From positions 1 through 33,473 of IMG/VR virus record IMGVR_UViG_3300005512_000172: 33,473 nucleotides of DNA; one strand, written 5' to 3'. Of the stretch, positions 1-9,297 are shown piece by piece. Origin of the DNA: a virus. Taxonomy: Duplodnaviria; Caudoviricetes. Within the stretch, counting starts at the first letter, position 1. Every line of letters starts with the position of its first letter. Under the pieces are notes generated by a model that did not search any database, was not told where the DNA came from, and was given only the letters and a program-made list of their open reading frames with translations. The position numbers and the translations under genes were made by a program.

Positions 1-726
1 AACAGAGCTAGCTAGCGTTACAACTCCAGTAGAGTCAGCAATAGACCCAGCAGACGTACCATCTTTTGCCTTCAGGTTTGTAACCTCAAGGTTTGTAGTG
101 TCAACAGTAGTAGCGTTGGCAGTGGTGAAGGTGCCTGCGGCGGCAGATGATCCGCCAATAACGGTGCCATCAATAGTGCCGCCGTTAATGTCGGCGGTAG
201 TAACCGTGCCGAGATCATCAATAGTTGCACCGGAGAAGCTGGCTGTTGAGGTTGCTGTAAGACCTGTCACTGTCAGGTCAACATTAACATCGGTGACGGT
301 CGCGCCCGTTCCGGCCCCGTTAAACTTCAGGGTGACATCTGCGCCGTTAGGGATCTCAAAGTCATTGGATGCGCTGTAGGTGCCTTGGAATACAATAATT
401 GACCGGCTACCAGACAAGCTGTTGCGGATGTGAACAATCTTCTCGGCATCATTAGGGGTAAGCTGAACATACGCTGTCGCACCCAGATCACCGCCATCAA
501 CAAACTCAATGAACTTGTTGCGGCCATTAGACGCAGTGCCGTCAGTGATCGGTAGGTCGTTGGGTGAGCCGGAGGTTCCCGCGCTAGCGAGAGTGATTGA
601 AACAATGCCGTTTACCGCAGTATCAATCAGATCAAAGTTGGTATTGGTGGTGGTTCCCCATGTACCGGACTGTTCTCCGGTGGCGATCTTCTCAATACCA
701 AGGTTTGTGGTGTATGTGCTAGGCAT
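1..726 (-). CDS. Tail fibre/tail structural protein, runs off the left edge of the window
   Basis: Not in the ORF track because no stop lies in the window. Read manually: ATG at 726 with an upstream GAGG SD, MPSTYTTNLGIEKIATGEQSGTWGTTTNTNFDLID..., open to position 1. T/G/A/S-rich with an INGGTIDGTVIGG fibre-like segment. Confidence 0.75.
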   Translation of the reverse strand, partial: MPSTYTTNLGIEKIATGEQSGTWGTTTNTNFDLIDTAVNGIVSITLASAGTSGSPNDLPITDGTASNGRNKFIEFVDGGDLGATAYVQLTPNDAEKIVHIRNSLSGSRSIIVFQGTYSASNDFEIPNGADVTLKFNGAGTGATVTDVNVDLTVTGLTATSTASFSGATIDDLGTVTTADINGGTIDGTVIGGSSAAAGTFTTANATTVDTTNLEVTNLKAKDGTSAGSIADSTGVVTLASSV

Positions 727-739
727 TCGTTAATCCTCT

Positions 740-1837
740 TTATGCCGCAATATCTAAATAATTTGGCGTTTGCGATGGCTCTATCTCTACCCATCCGGGC
801 GTTTGCGATGGGTTCAGGTTGGAGTAATTCGGGTTTTGGTCGGGAACTATCTCGCCCCACACCAGAACCACACCTACTTCACCCGTACCGCTGACGCCAG
901 TTACCGCAACATCAGCACCCGCAACAACTGAAGCACTGCCAACAGCGCCCGTAGCCGCTAGACCCGTAACACTCGTATTGGCATCCGCAGTCGTCGTGGC
1001 GGAGCCTACTTCTCCCGTACCTTCAACTCCGGTCGGGAGAACATCTATTGACTGAATAACCGCCGCGTTGCCTACCCCTCCGGTAGCGCTGACGCCAGTT
1101 ACAGATACGTCCGCGTTCGCAGTGGTGGTGACGCTACCAACCGATCCGGTTGCCGAGAGCCCTGTTGGGAAAACGCTGATCCCAAGCTGGATCTCAACTG
1201 TGCCAACTGCGCCTGTGCCTGCGACCCCGGTTACAGATACATTCGCTTCAGCATCAACTGTGACCGAGCCAAGACTGCCGGTGCCCTCTACGCCATCAGG
1301 AGACGCCGTTGCGCCCGCAGTGGTGGTGACAGAGCCTACAGCGCCTGTCGCCTCTAGCCCGGTGACACTAACATCTGCGCCTGCTTCAGCCGTGACCGAA
1401 CCAACTGCACCTGTGGCCTCCAAGCCTGTAACAGATACACTTGCGTCTGCGCTCACCGTTGCAGAGCCAACAGCGCCTGTGGCCTCTAGCCCCGTGGCCG
1501 AGACACCTGCATCGCCCGTGACTGTGACCGACCCTACCGCCGAGGTAGCCTCTAGTCCCGTGACCGAGACATCCGCTCCAGCGGTTACGGTTACAGAGCC
1601 TACAGAGCCCGTTGCCTCCAGTCCCGTGACTGAAACATTTGCATCGGCCTCGACTGTAGCCGAGCCAACCGATCCCGTCGCTTCAAGACCCGTGACCGAG
1701 ACATTTGCTTCTGTCGTTACGGAGACTGACCCTACCTGACCAGCGGCCCCCGCATTGGTGACACTCCCTTCACCCCACGCGAGATCGCCCCAGTCATCCC
1801 GGCCCCAGCCAGTAAGTGGAACGATCACTCCAGCCAT
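740..1837 (-). CDS. Repeat-rich virion (tail/fibre) protein
   Basis: About 13 tandem 22-aa repeats (xVSVTGLEATGxVGSVTVxAxA), an N-terminal WG-rich segment and C-terminal 11-aa repeats; lies in the structural operon. Confidence 0.75.
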   Translation of the reverse strand: MAGVIVPLTGWGRDDWGDLAWGEGSVTNAGAAGQVGSVSVTTEANVSVTGLEATGSVGSATVEADANVSVTGLEATGSVGSVTVTAGADVSVTGLEATSAVGSVTVTGDAGVSATGLEATGAVGSATVSADASVSVTGLEATGAVGSVTAEAGADVSVTGLEATGAVGSVTTTAGATASPDGVEGTGSLGSVTVDAEANVSVTGVAGTGAVGTVEIQLGISVFPTGLSATGSVGSVTTTANADVSVTGVSATGGVGNAAVIQSIDVLPTGVEGTGEVGSATTTADANTSVTGLAATGAVGSASVVAGADVAVTGVSGTGEVGVVLVWGEIVPDQNPNYSNLNPSQTPGWVEIEPSQTPNYLDIAA

Positions 1838-2271
1838 TAGGCTATCCGGATAATCGCGTTACTCGCATCTGCCGTAGGGAATACAATGGTGAAGTCTCCG
1901 GCAGTGGAGGTCTTGTCTGCGCCAAAATCCAATACCACAACGCTGGGGTCGCCAGCCGCCGTGTCGTTATAAATCAAGGCTCCGCGAGCAGTAATGGTCG
2001 CACTGCTGAACGTCAGATCAGCAAAATCAGTGAAGGCTGTCGTGCTTGATGTGGTCGGATCAACACGAGTTAGCGTGCCGCCGCCTGCGCTATACCCAGT
2101 TCCGCTGATCTCGTTGGTGGCTGTGTAAGCTGTAGTGGAGGCATCAAAAGAAGCGCTGTTGGTATACAACGCCAGCTTAAAGGTGCTTCCACCTGAGTTT
2201 TTGAAGTTGTGGACCGCTTCAAGCAATTCTTGCTTGAAAGACGTGCACATAAAGTTTCCGCTAAACGCCAT
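1837..2271 (-). CDS. Putative virion structural protein
   Basis: 144 aa, A/T/S/G-rich, beta-like; stop/start overlap with the next gene; tail-module context. Confidence 0.7.
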   Translation of the reverse strand: MAFSGNFMCTSFKQELLEAVHNFKNSGGSTFKLALYTNSASFDASTTAYTATNEISGTGYSAGGGTLTRVDPTTSSTTAFTDFADLTFSSATITARGALIYNDTAAGDPSVVVLDFGADKTSTAGDFTIVFPTADASNAIIRIA

Positions 2272-2550
2272 TTAAAGCCTCCTGATAGCTTCGGCTAAGT
2301 CTTTTTGCCCCGCTTCGATCAGGGCGTTGTAAATGGTTGTGCGATCAGACTTGATCGCTTCCTTCATGTAGTGCAACAGGACTGAGCGAATCTGGCCTCG
2401 GTATGCCAGAGCCTGCTGTTTTACTGTGGGATGAGCAGTATCGGAAACGGAAACAATCCGGTCCAAGCATCGCTCTGCCACTTCCTCTGGGGTAAACCCC
2501 CTGTGACTGGTGGTTTCTACGCCAACAGTGCCGATTTCCATTTCCAGCAT
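2272..2550 (-). CDS. Hypothetical phage protein
   Basis: 92 aa, abuts or overlaps both neighbours. Confidence 0.7.
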   Translation of the reverse strand: MLEMEIGTVGVETTSHRGFTPEEVAERCLDRIVSVSDTAHPTVKQQALAYRGQIRSVLLHYMKEAIKSDRTTIYNALIEAGQKDLAEAIRRL

Positions 2551-3191
2551 TAAGTTCTCATCTTCCTGACTGCACCGCTACGATAACTGTCAGTGGTGCT
2601 GTACCCCTCGCCCAGCTCTTCTAGGCGCTGGATTGCATCCTCATACCTTTGAACATACAACCCCATTAGATCCGCGTCGCCCTTGAGGTAGGTATACGCC
2701 TCGACCAAGCACCCATAAAGCAGTGTCGTCTCTGCGTTGGTGCCTAGCCAGCTCGTCCCAGATGTAGTGGTTGTGATTGACTCTGGTTTGTGGAAGTAAT
2801 GAAGCTCGACGGCAAAACTACTGCTTGGCGTTGGGCCAATCAGAAAGTAGTCGTCACTAAAAATGGCATACGCCTTGGGCACGCCAGTCACTGTTGAATC
2901 TGGGTATGCCTCACGCATGAAGTTCACGTCTTTAAATAGCAGGTACTCATACCCTGAGTTGTCTATAGCCAACGAGTATGGTGACAGGAAGTCTGTCGGC
3001 ATCGCCAAGTAGTTGTTACTCGCTGTCATGTTAGCAGTAACATTCTTGCGAAAATCAGGGAGCTGGCACCGCTTCAGGATTCTATCTTCTGCCTGCGTAA
3101 TAATGACTGGCAAGTTGTTGACGAAGCTGGTCTCATTCGATTCAACATAGTCTTGGATTGCCTGCTTGAGAGTGGTGAAGGTAAACGCCAT
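2550..3191 (-). CDS. Putative head-tail adaptor/tail tubular protein
   Basis: 213 aa with the helical N-terminus and GVPKxY...GPTP...ELHY...LLYGCLVEAY pattern typical of podovirus adaptor proteins; position after the head genes. Confidence 0.6.
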   Translation of the reverse strand: MAFTFTTLKQAIQDYVESNETSFVNNLPVIITQAEDRILKRCQLPDFRKNVTANMTASNNYLAMPTDFLSPYSLAIDNSGYEYLLFKDVNFMREAYPDSTVTGVPKAYAIFSDDYFLIGPTPSSSFAVELHYFHKPESITTTTSGTSWLGTNAETTLLYGCLVEAYTYLKGDADLMGLYVQRYEDAIQRLEELGEGYSTTDSYRSGAVRKMRT

Positions 3192-3535
3192 TAGGATATC
3201 TCCACCGTTACGCGACCGACATGCCCTGACATGTCGAGACCAACAGTGCGGCTACCCAAAGCAGTATTGCCGCCACCCACAGGGTTCCACGCATATAAAG
3301 CCCGACTTTCATCCAGACTAGCGTCGGGTCTTGGATTTCTAAGCGCTTGCGGATCATTCGCATTGACATCTCCCAGCTTGAGTTGGGGCTGGTCTTTGTC
3401 AACAACATCGCGTCCCACGAGTAGGCCGTTCCATCGACCATCTTCAATCTGACGCACCAAGTCGCGAAGCGGGTACCGGAAACCAGTCCGGTCGCAAAAC
3501 CCGTAAGCATGCTTGCCTTTTGCGTAGCTACTCAT
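3191..3535 (-). CDS. Hypothetical phage protein
   Basis: 114 aa (CDRTGFRY...DxDQPQL...DPQALRNPRPD), coupled to both neighbours. Confidence 0.7.
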   Translation of the reverse strand: MSSYAKGKHAYGFCDRTGFRYPLRDLVRQIEDGRWNGLLVGRDVVDKDQPQLKLGDVNANDPQALRNPRPDASLDESRALYAWNPVGGGNTALGSRTVGLDMSGHVGRVTVEIS

Positions 3536-4227
3536 AAGTCGTTGTATCCACCCGGAGACATGTACAAGGCGGCTTTCTCCCTCGCCGCGTCAGCCGCAAG
3601 CGACCACTGCTCCTCATAGACCTGCTTGAGCATTGGGGCCATCTGCATAACTTCCGGCCTCTTGCTCGCTATTTGGTAGGCTAGCCCCGACACCAAGCAC
3701 GGCAAGAACCTTGCCGGCACATCCATGTTGTTTGATGCGGGACTGCCAGTATCTTCTATACGCTCCATGTAGTAGTAGGCGAACGTATAGCTCGTCGTGG
3801 CGTCTGGCACAGGCCAGAAGTGGACGGTGATTCCTGTTGGCTTGCGCTCAACGTAATACTGCAATGGGCGCCCCTGAGTCAGCTTATTGGTCTGGTGAGC
3901 ATACTGGCTCACCGAAATCCGTTGCATCGTCAGGTCTGCCTGCTTGGAGGTGTCGCCTGCGTCCGTGCGAAGCAAGCCCTCGATAATATCTAACTTGTCA
4001 GCACTAAGGTCGTAAGATCCTGTCCCCGCAACAAGAGCCACCGAGGTGTCCCGAACTGTCCAGAGATTAAGGCCCCTGTTTTGCCACTCAAGCATGAGCA
4101 GATCAAGACTGCGGCGAGCAGTTTTGTAATCGTACCCGCTCCTAAGCTCCAGACCTGCACGCTCGTATGCCTCTTCTAGTATGTCAGACAAGTCAAGGGT
4201 AAAGCCTGTTGTTCCGCTCGTCGCCAT
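3532..4227 (-). CDS. Putative head-tail adaptor/neck protein
   Basis: 231 aa with ARRSLxL...W.NRGLNLW, QGRPLQY and WPVPD motifs of the adaptor type; structural context. Confidence 0.6.
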   Translation of the reverse strand: MATSGTTGFTLDLSDILEEAYERAGLELRSGYDYKTARRSLDLLMLEWQNRGLNLWTVRDTSVALVAGTGSYDLSADKLDIIEGLLRTDAGDTSKQADLTMQRISVSQYAHQTNKLTQGRPLQYYVERKPTGITVHFWPVPDATTSYTFAYYYMERIEDTGSPASNNMDVPARFLPCLVSGLAYQIASKRPEVMQMAPMLKQVYEEQWSLAADAAREKAALYMSPGGYNDL

Positions 4228-4497
4228 TTATACAGTCCGCCCTCTAGTCCTGCCGCGAATCGCAATGCCGTTTCTGCACTTCGGCTTTGGGATTCTGCCT
4301 CCGTTGGATTTTTTCTTGACACCAGCCTCAGAAAGCGCAATCGCCACTGCTTGCTTGGGGTTCGTGACCTTCTTGCCAGAACCGCCTGATTTAAGAGTCC
4401 CTTTCTTGAACTCTCCCATCACTTTCTTGATCTTGTTTTTTCTGGAAGATGGTGCGTTTTTTACCTGCTTTGCAGTCTGAGCCCTGCTAATAGCCAT
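4228..4497 (-). CDS. Small basic protein, DUF6496-like
   Basis: KKVMGEFKKGTLKSGGSGKKVTNPKQAVAIALSEA matches the DUF6496 signature as recalled. Confidence 0.7.
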   Translation of the reverse strand: MAISRAQTAKQVKNAPSSRKNKIKKVMGEFKKGTLKSGGSGKKVTNPKQAVAIALSEAGVKKKSNGGRIPKPKCRNGIAIRGRTRGRTV

Positions 4498-4500
4498 GCC

Positions 4501-4794
4501 TCACCACTTAGTCTTGTCGGCCCAGTACGCGGCAGACATCTTCCCTTTTTTGATGTTACGACGGTGGCGAGCCTTGAATGACTTGCGCTTGGCCTTCATT
4601 CTTGCTGACTCTCCGGATTTTGGCTTGCCAGCCGTCTTGGCACCCTGCTCCCCAAAGCGGATGATTTTTTCCTTGCCGCCCTCGCACGCCTTTACAATAT
4701 GTGACTTCTTGGGGTGATTGGGTGTACGGCGCGGCTTGTTGCAAGACATAGCCTTCTTATCTACTCGACCACCCTTCTTGTAGTACACCCTCAT
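4501..4794 (-). CDS. Small Lys/Arg-rich protein
   Basis: 97 aa, starts MRVYYKKGG; KIIRFGxQG...RKSFKARH...SAAYWA motif seen in aquatic phage proteins. Confidence 0.7.
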   Translation of the reverse strand: MRVYYKKGGRVDKKAMSCNKPRRTPNHPKKSHIVKACEGGKEKIIRFGEQGAKTAGKPKSGESARMKAKRKSFKARHRRNIKKGKMSAAYWADKTKW

Positions 4795-5045
4795 TTACGG
4801 TGCCTCGCTGTCTTTTTGGCCACCTTCTTGGGCTGGCTGGAGTGCTGTTTGCCCTTCTTGGTGTCAGCCCGCTTCTTGCGGGATGTGGCGGCATACTCTT
4901 TCGCAGACAAGGACTTGATCGCCTTCTCAGGCAGATAACGCTCGCCGGTAGCCTTCGCACCCTGTGTGCTAGGCTTTCCAGACTTGGTGCGCCACTTCTG
5001 CTTTGTCCACTTCTTTAAAGACTTCTGCGATTTTTTGAGCGCCAT
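4791..5045 (-). CDS. Small Lys-rich protein (C-terminal half of a DUF5872-like protein)
   Basis: SLKKWTKQKW...ERYLPEKAIKSLS...KKR motifs; TAATG coupling to the upstream gene. Confidence 0.65.
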   Translation of the reverse strand: MALKKSQKSLKKWTKQKWRTKSGKPSTQGAKATGERYLPEKAIKSLSAKEYAATSRKKRADTKKGKQHSSQPKKVAKKTARHRK

Positions 5046-5248
5046 TAGTCTCGGTACCCGCCGCCTTTAGCCTTGTATTGTTGTGCCAGCATCTGTGCCT
5101 TTCTGGCGCTCCACTGTCCGGGCTTGCCGCCTTTTCCACCCGCTTTGATCCTGTTGAACAGGCTCTTGCGCATAGTGGGTTTAGTGTAGTTTCCAGCTTC
5201 ATTCACCCTCGACTTTGTTTTACCGCCCTTCTTGTAATAGAGCCGCAT
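5045..5248 (-). CDS. Small Lys/Gly-rich protein (N-terminal half of a DUF5872-like protein)
   Basis: YTKPxMR...KGGKPGQWSARKAQMLAQQYKAKGGGY motif; starts MRLYYKKGG. Confidence 0.7.
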   Translation of the reverse strand: MRLYYKKGGKTKSRVNEAGNYTKPTMRKSLFNRIKAGGKGGKPGQWSARKAQMLAQQYKAKGGGYRD

Positions 5249-5655
5249 CAGTCGTAGCTCTTCTTAACCTTCATCACGATGCTGTAAGAGTCGCCAGTGC
5301 TGTGCCCAACCGTGGTAAAGTTAATATCGCCAGTCTTGCCTGCGCCGGCATTGTTTGGAATGCCAATGAACTCAGAAAAATCCAATGAGTCTGAGTAGTC
5401 AGCAGGAAGCTCCCACGCCAAAACATCTGTCGTCGCGTCAAACAGAATCTCCACGCCCATGCCAATCGTCGAATACCAGATGCACTCAATCTGCACGCTG
5501 GTGCAGGCGGCATCGTTAGCGGGGTTCTTTGAAAGGGTAGACACGTCGATCTTGGTCACGGCAGACTCGCCGGTACCGTCGCTGACGTTGGTAAACGCAA
5601 AGATTGCGGTACGGGGACCGTCTTCAATAGTCTGGCTAGTAACTGTATCAGCCAT
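5248..5655 (-). CDS. Putative virion structural protein
   Basis: Start moved to ATG 5655 (MADTV) behind a GGAGG SD; acidic, beta-rich, 135 aa. Confidence 0.65.
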   Translation of the reverse strand: MADTVTSQTIEDGPRTAIFAFTNVSDGTGESAVTKIDVSTLSKNPANDAACTSVQIECIWYSTIGMGVEILFDATTDVLAWELPADYSDSLDFSEFIGIPNNAGAGKTGDINFTTVGHSTGDSYSIVMKVKKSYD

Positions 5656-5665
5656 TTTGTCCTCC

Positions 5666-5687
5666 AAAGAGAGGGGCTTGCGCCCCC
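5666..5687 (-). terminator. Possible intrinsic terminator/attenuating hairpin
   Basis: Minus strand GGGGC-GCAA-GCCCC followed by TCTCTTT; GNRA loop, weak U-tract. Confidence 0.5.
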
Positions 5688-5703
5688 ATTACCTTAGTCG
5701 CAA

Positions 5704-6153
5704 TCAGGCGTTGTTGTTGCCCTGAACATACTCAACAGTGACGTATCCCGCACCAGCGGTGCCTGCTGAAAAGTCGATGAAGATGGGCAGGTCAGATGAA
5801 CCGATATCCACCCATGTATCTGCATCAGCAATCGTTCCGTCAGAGCCATGAATAATGACGTTTGCGGCAGTGCCTGCGGCCAGCGCCGTGAACAGTTCGT
5901 CAGAGTCAGACGATGTGCCCATTGAAATGTTGGCGGCTGTGGTGGCAGTGGTGATGTAGATGGTGATTTCGGTGATTTGGCTGTTAGCCGGAATGACAAT
6001 GCCGGTATCGGCGGCAGTAGTGCTTTGCGTCCAGCTCGCAGTTTGCGCGCTTTTTACGAAGCCAACATTCTTTACGTTAGTGCCGACTGTGCTACCAGTG
6101 GTGTCTTTGATGGTTCCGGACTTAATAGGACCGGAAAAAGTAGTAGTACCCAT
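5704..6153 (-). CDS. Putative capsid decoration/spike protein
   Basis: Start moved to ATG 6153 (MGTTTFSGP) behind AGGAG; T/A/G/S-rich, 149 aa, immediately after the MCP. Confidence 0.55.
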   Translation of the reverse strand: MGTTTFSGPIKSGTIKDTTGSTVGTNVKNVGFVKSAQTASWTQSTTAADTGIVIPANSQITEITIYITTATTAANISMGTSSDSDELFTALAAGTAANVIIHGSDGTIADADTWVDIGSSDLPIFIDFSAGTAGAGYVTVEYVQGNNNA

Positions 6154-6207
6154 GATGTGCTCCTGTCTTGGGTCGGTCTGATGTTCCCCGTGGAACAATC
6201 AGTCAGG

Positions 6208-6230
6208 AAAAAAAGGGGGCCGAAGCCCCC
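6208..6230 (-). terminator. Rho-independent terminator after the major capsid gene
   Basis: Minus strand GGGGGC-TTCG-GCCCCC followed by T7; cUUCGg tetraloop. Confidence 0.9.
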
Positions 6231-6236
6231 GTACTA

Positions 6237-7145
6237 TTAGGACGTGCCGGGCGAACCGTAGATGCCCAGAGGATCGGATACGCCGAAGCTGTATCGCTCG
6301 CGAGCCTTGTATCGGACATTGCCGGTATCAAAGTCGCCGTCCATTGAAGTCTCCAGCGCGGTACGCTGGAAGTGCTTCATGCCGTTCGGTACATCGGTGA
6401 TGATGAAGAAGGCGTTGGTATCAGTCAGGAAGTGGTTGACTGAGTAGCCTTCCGGAATCGAGCCGTTGTTGCGAAGGGCGTTGATGTCGTTGTCAGCCGT
6501 GCCAACTCGACCCTCAGTCTCAAGCAAGCGAGTTGCTACAAACTGAAGCGCGGGTGGAACGATCAGACGACGAGGACGTGCCGCGATCAGCAGACCACGC
6601 TCATCGGTGAATGCGGCGATGTTAATCACTGCATCTTCCAGAGAGGTCTCATTCAAGTCAGCCGCAACGGTAGGACGGTTAGCATTGGTGCCACCGTTTA
6701 CCAGCGGGTGAGATGTGCTGAACAGCGTTACGCCGTCACCAGAGTTGTAAGACGTGAAGCCGTCGTTAAGCGGGTTAGCCGCTTTAACCTGCTTGGTGTG
6801 AGCCATAGCACGGGCCAGCGCCTTGGTGTAACGAGCAGACAGAGAGTCATACAGGTTATCTTCCATAGCTTCTTCAGTGATGGAGAAGCCGAGAGCGATG
6901 GTCTCGTGGTTATAGCGAGCAGTGAAAGACTCCTGTGCTGAGTCGTAGCTGATGGCCGCGCCTTCAGCTTTGACTGGTGCCGCACCGAAGCCAGACAACT
7001 TCACTTCTTCTTCAAACGAACGCTCAGATGATTCAGTTTCGTAAATCATCGTGTGCTCGTCATCGTAGCGCTCATACTCCAGACCGAACAAAGCGTTCAG
7101 TCCGGGCAGAAGCTCTTTCAACATTTGTGCGCGTGAAATAGCCAT
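6237..7145 (-). CDS. Major capsid protein
   Basis: 302 aa; K.EG.I.YD, DGVxLFSxSHP, PxxLIVPP.L and RERYSFG motifs of gpT-like HK97-fold MCPs; strong AGGAGG SD; followed by a terminator. Confidence 0.88.
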   Translation of the reverse strand: MAISRAQMLKELLPGLNALFGLEYERYDDEHTMIYETESSERSFEEEVKLSGFGAAPVKAEGAAISYDSAQESFTARYNHETIALGFSITEEAMEDNLYDSLSARYTKALARAMAHTKQVKAANPLNDGFTSYNSGDGVTLFSTSHPLVNGGTNANRPTVAADLNETSLEDAVINIAAFTDERGLLIAARPRRLIVPPALQFVATRLLETEGRVGTADNDINALRNNGSIPEGYSVNHFLTDTNAFFIITDVPNGMKHFQRTALETSMDGDFDTGNVRYKARERYSFGVSDPLGIYGSPGTS

Positions 7146-7158
7146 TGTTTATGCCTCC

Positions 7159-7746
7159 TTAAACGCCAAGCGCCGTATCGTAGGCATGGCTTCCGGGCAA
7201 CCAAGTGACGATGCAATCGGTGAACGAGTCACCTACCGCACTGTCAGGCCCGTCAACAAAGTCAACGATTCGGAGTGGGAACGTGTTAGTGGTGGCAATC
7301 GAAGAAGCGTCGAGCGCATTCTTACTGCGGCCAATCGAAGTTGATCCGGCAGTACTGATTGCCTGTACGTTGTTGCCAAGGCCAGTCTGGGCAATAGAGC
7401 CGTCGCCTTGCATCTGCATGACCAGCTTGGGGTCGTCGCAAACATAGGCTACAGCGTCAGATGCCGCAGTAGAAGCAGGCCAGTATTGGCTGAAGGTTGG
7501 TTGTCCGGTGGTGGGATCTGTGTAAGCACAACCACAGAACACGCCAACAGTACCGGCGACAGCGGCAGTAGTGACTGCGGCCTTCTCGACGGTGCCTGCG
7601 GCAACCAGTTTTACGAAGTCGCCATAAAAGATGTCAGTGCCGTAGCCTGAAGCAACTTTAATATGGCGAACCTTCCCGGTGAAGGAACCGGAGGCACTGA
7701 GCGTACCTACGGGTTCTGCACCCATTGGAGTAGCTGAAGAAGCCAT
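7159..7746 (-). CDS. Putative capsid cement/minor head protein
   Basis: 195 aa, A/G/T/S-rich, IFYGDxVK and VGVFxGCxYTDP motifs; directly before the MCP. Confidence 0.55.
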   Translation of the reverse strand: MASSATPMGAEPVGTLSASGSFTGKVRHIKVASGYGTDIFYGDFVKLVAAGTVEKAAVTTAAVAGTVGVFCGCAYTDPTTGQPTFSQYWPASTAASDAVAYVCDDPKLVMQMQGDGSIAQTGLGNNVQAISTAGSTSIGRSKNALDASSIATTNTFPLRIVDFVDGPDSAVGDSFTDCIVTWLPGSHAYDTALGV

Positions 7747-7792
7747 TTCCTTTCTCCTTGAAAGTTAGCAACCGAAACCACCCCTTACGAGG

Positions 7793-8245
7793 TTAGTTTC
7801 GACCAAAGGTTGTCCGAGTGGACCGCTCCGGATTAAGAACGGGCATTCGGGGATCGTTTTGCTTGAGGAAGTTGTTGTCCACAGACTCCATCTGATTAGA
7901 TGCCATGTTCTGGAAGTGCTCCTCTCTGGCCCTCATCTTGTCGGCTGGGGCCTTGCAAAGAAGCAAGCCGCCGATCTCGATGTTGCCATCAAAGCGGGAG
8001 TCAATGTCTGACATTACATTCAGCTCTGGATGATCTTCCGACTTAACCGGAACCCAGCCTTCCCTGAACTTCTGAGAGACATTGGTGTTGTCTGCATGAC
8101 CCAAGGTGCTTGTTCGTACCCACCGGAACACCCAGCCGTCTTGCGGCTCTGGTGTCGGAAGCACGGATGCAGGCAACCATGAATCGGATGGACGTTCTTC
8201 TACCTCTCGGGCTTCTGCCGCCCGCGTTGTGCGCTCTTCTGCCAT
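7793..8245 (-). CDS. Conserved head-module protein, function unknown
   Basis: 150 aa; W.PAS.LP.P...FRWVR...REGW.PV...IGGLLLCK motifs. Confidence 0.7.
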   Translation of the reverse strand: MAEERTTRAAEAREVEERPSDSWLPASVLPTPEPQDGWVFRWVRTSTLGHADNTNVSQKFREGWVPVKSEDHPELNVMSDIDSRFDGNIEIGGLLLCKAPADKMRAREEHFQNMASNQMESVDNNFLKQNDPRMPVLNPERSTRTTFGRN

Positions 8246-8247
8246 GA

Positions 8248-9297
8248 TTAGCTCTCCTTGAGTAACTGGTTGGCATATTGTTCGGGTGTAATACCAAGAC
8301 GCTTAGCGAGTGCGACTTGGGTGCGGCTCAACCTCACTTTGCGTGGTTTGGCGCCATTGTTCCTTGCGGAAGGTGCCACCACCACGGAGGGGCTTCGGGA
8401 AGTCGAGGAGACCGGACTCTCTGAGTCGGTCGAGCCACTACTCTCTTCTCCGAAGTATTCTGGGAACTTGCCCTGCACACGCCGGTCAAGCTCGTCATAG
8501 TAGTCGTCTGTCTCGGGGTCAAACCCCTCGTGACGGATCATCTTTTCGTGAACGCCGTAGGCGAACGCGGTCATTTCCATGTGGTCCTCAGACTGGAACC
8601 ACTTGTTCTGGTCTGCCCATGCCAGCGCTTTTTCGCTTGGCTTGCGCAGTTGAGGCTGTGTTTGCTCTGGCTGTTTGGCCTGCCGGTCTGTCACATGCCG
8701 GGCAAACTCGTCCTCTCTCGATAAGGGCCTAGACGCCTTGTAGTGGTGGGTTCTCTGAGAAATCTGACCCAGCTCATACTGCGCGCTATTTAGCGCCTTC
8801 TGAGCCTCAATCTGCTTCTCAGTATTGCCCTCCTCTACAGCTTGGCGAAGCGATGCTTCTGCGCTCGCCATCGCCATTTGGGCGCGTCGCTCTGACTCTC
8901 CAAGGAGAGCCCCTTCGCCCTGATGAAGTACACGTTGGAGTTCGCGATTCTGGTCTGCATACTGCTGGGCAACCTTGATCGCTTCTTCCCGCATACGCTC
9001 CGCATCTTCTCGGAGTCGCCGCTCTTGGTGCTGTTCATAACGGAGTTTGTTGATGCGCTTTTTGACTTTATCGCCGTAGCCCTTCAGCTCATCATCGTCG
9101 TCAGACTCATCCTTGGCAGGTTTTGCTTTTGCGATTGGGCGCTGATCTTCTGGCTCCCGATCATCAACAACCTCAATGTCAAAACTGGTATCGGACTCTT
9201 CTTGATCGACCTTCTTGCCTATCGTAGTCCGAACCCCGAGGAACTTGTCCTCGTTTGACATGGACGATTCTTCCATCTCAATCTGTTCTTCGCTCAT
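8248..9297 (-). CDS. Putative capsid scaffolding protein
   Basis: 349 aa, acidic N-terminus, long coiled coil, C-terminal LSxxQVALAKRLGITPEQYA; between portal and MCP. Confidence 0.7.
   Translation of the reverse strand: MSEEQIEMEESSMSNEDKFLGVRTTIGKKVDQEESDTSFDIEVVDDREPEDQRPIAKAKPAKDESDDDDELKGYGDKVKKRINKLRYEQHQERRLREDAERMREEAIKVAQQYADQNRELQRVLHQGEGALLGESERRAQMAMASAEASLRQAVEEGNTEKQIEAQKALNSAQYELGQISQRTHHYKASRPLSREDEFARHVTDRQAKQPEQTQPQLRKPSEKALAWADQNKWFQSEDHMEMTAFAYGVHEKMIRHEGFDPETDDYYDELDRRVQGKFPEYFGEESSGSTDSESPVSSTSRSPSVVVAPSARNNGAKPRKVRLSRTQVALAKRLGITPEQYANQLLKES

Noticed and set aside
1068-1739. 223-aa plus-strand ORF rich in T/P/V/A
   Set aside because: Antisense shadow of the repeat protein; no RBS or operon context.
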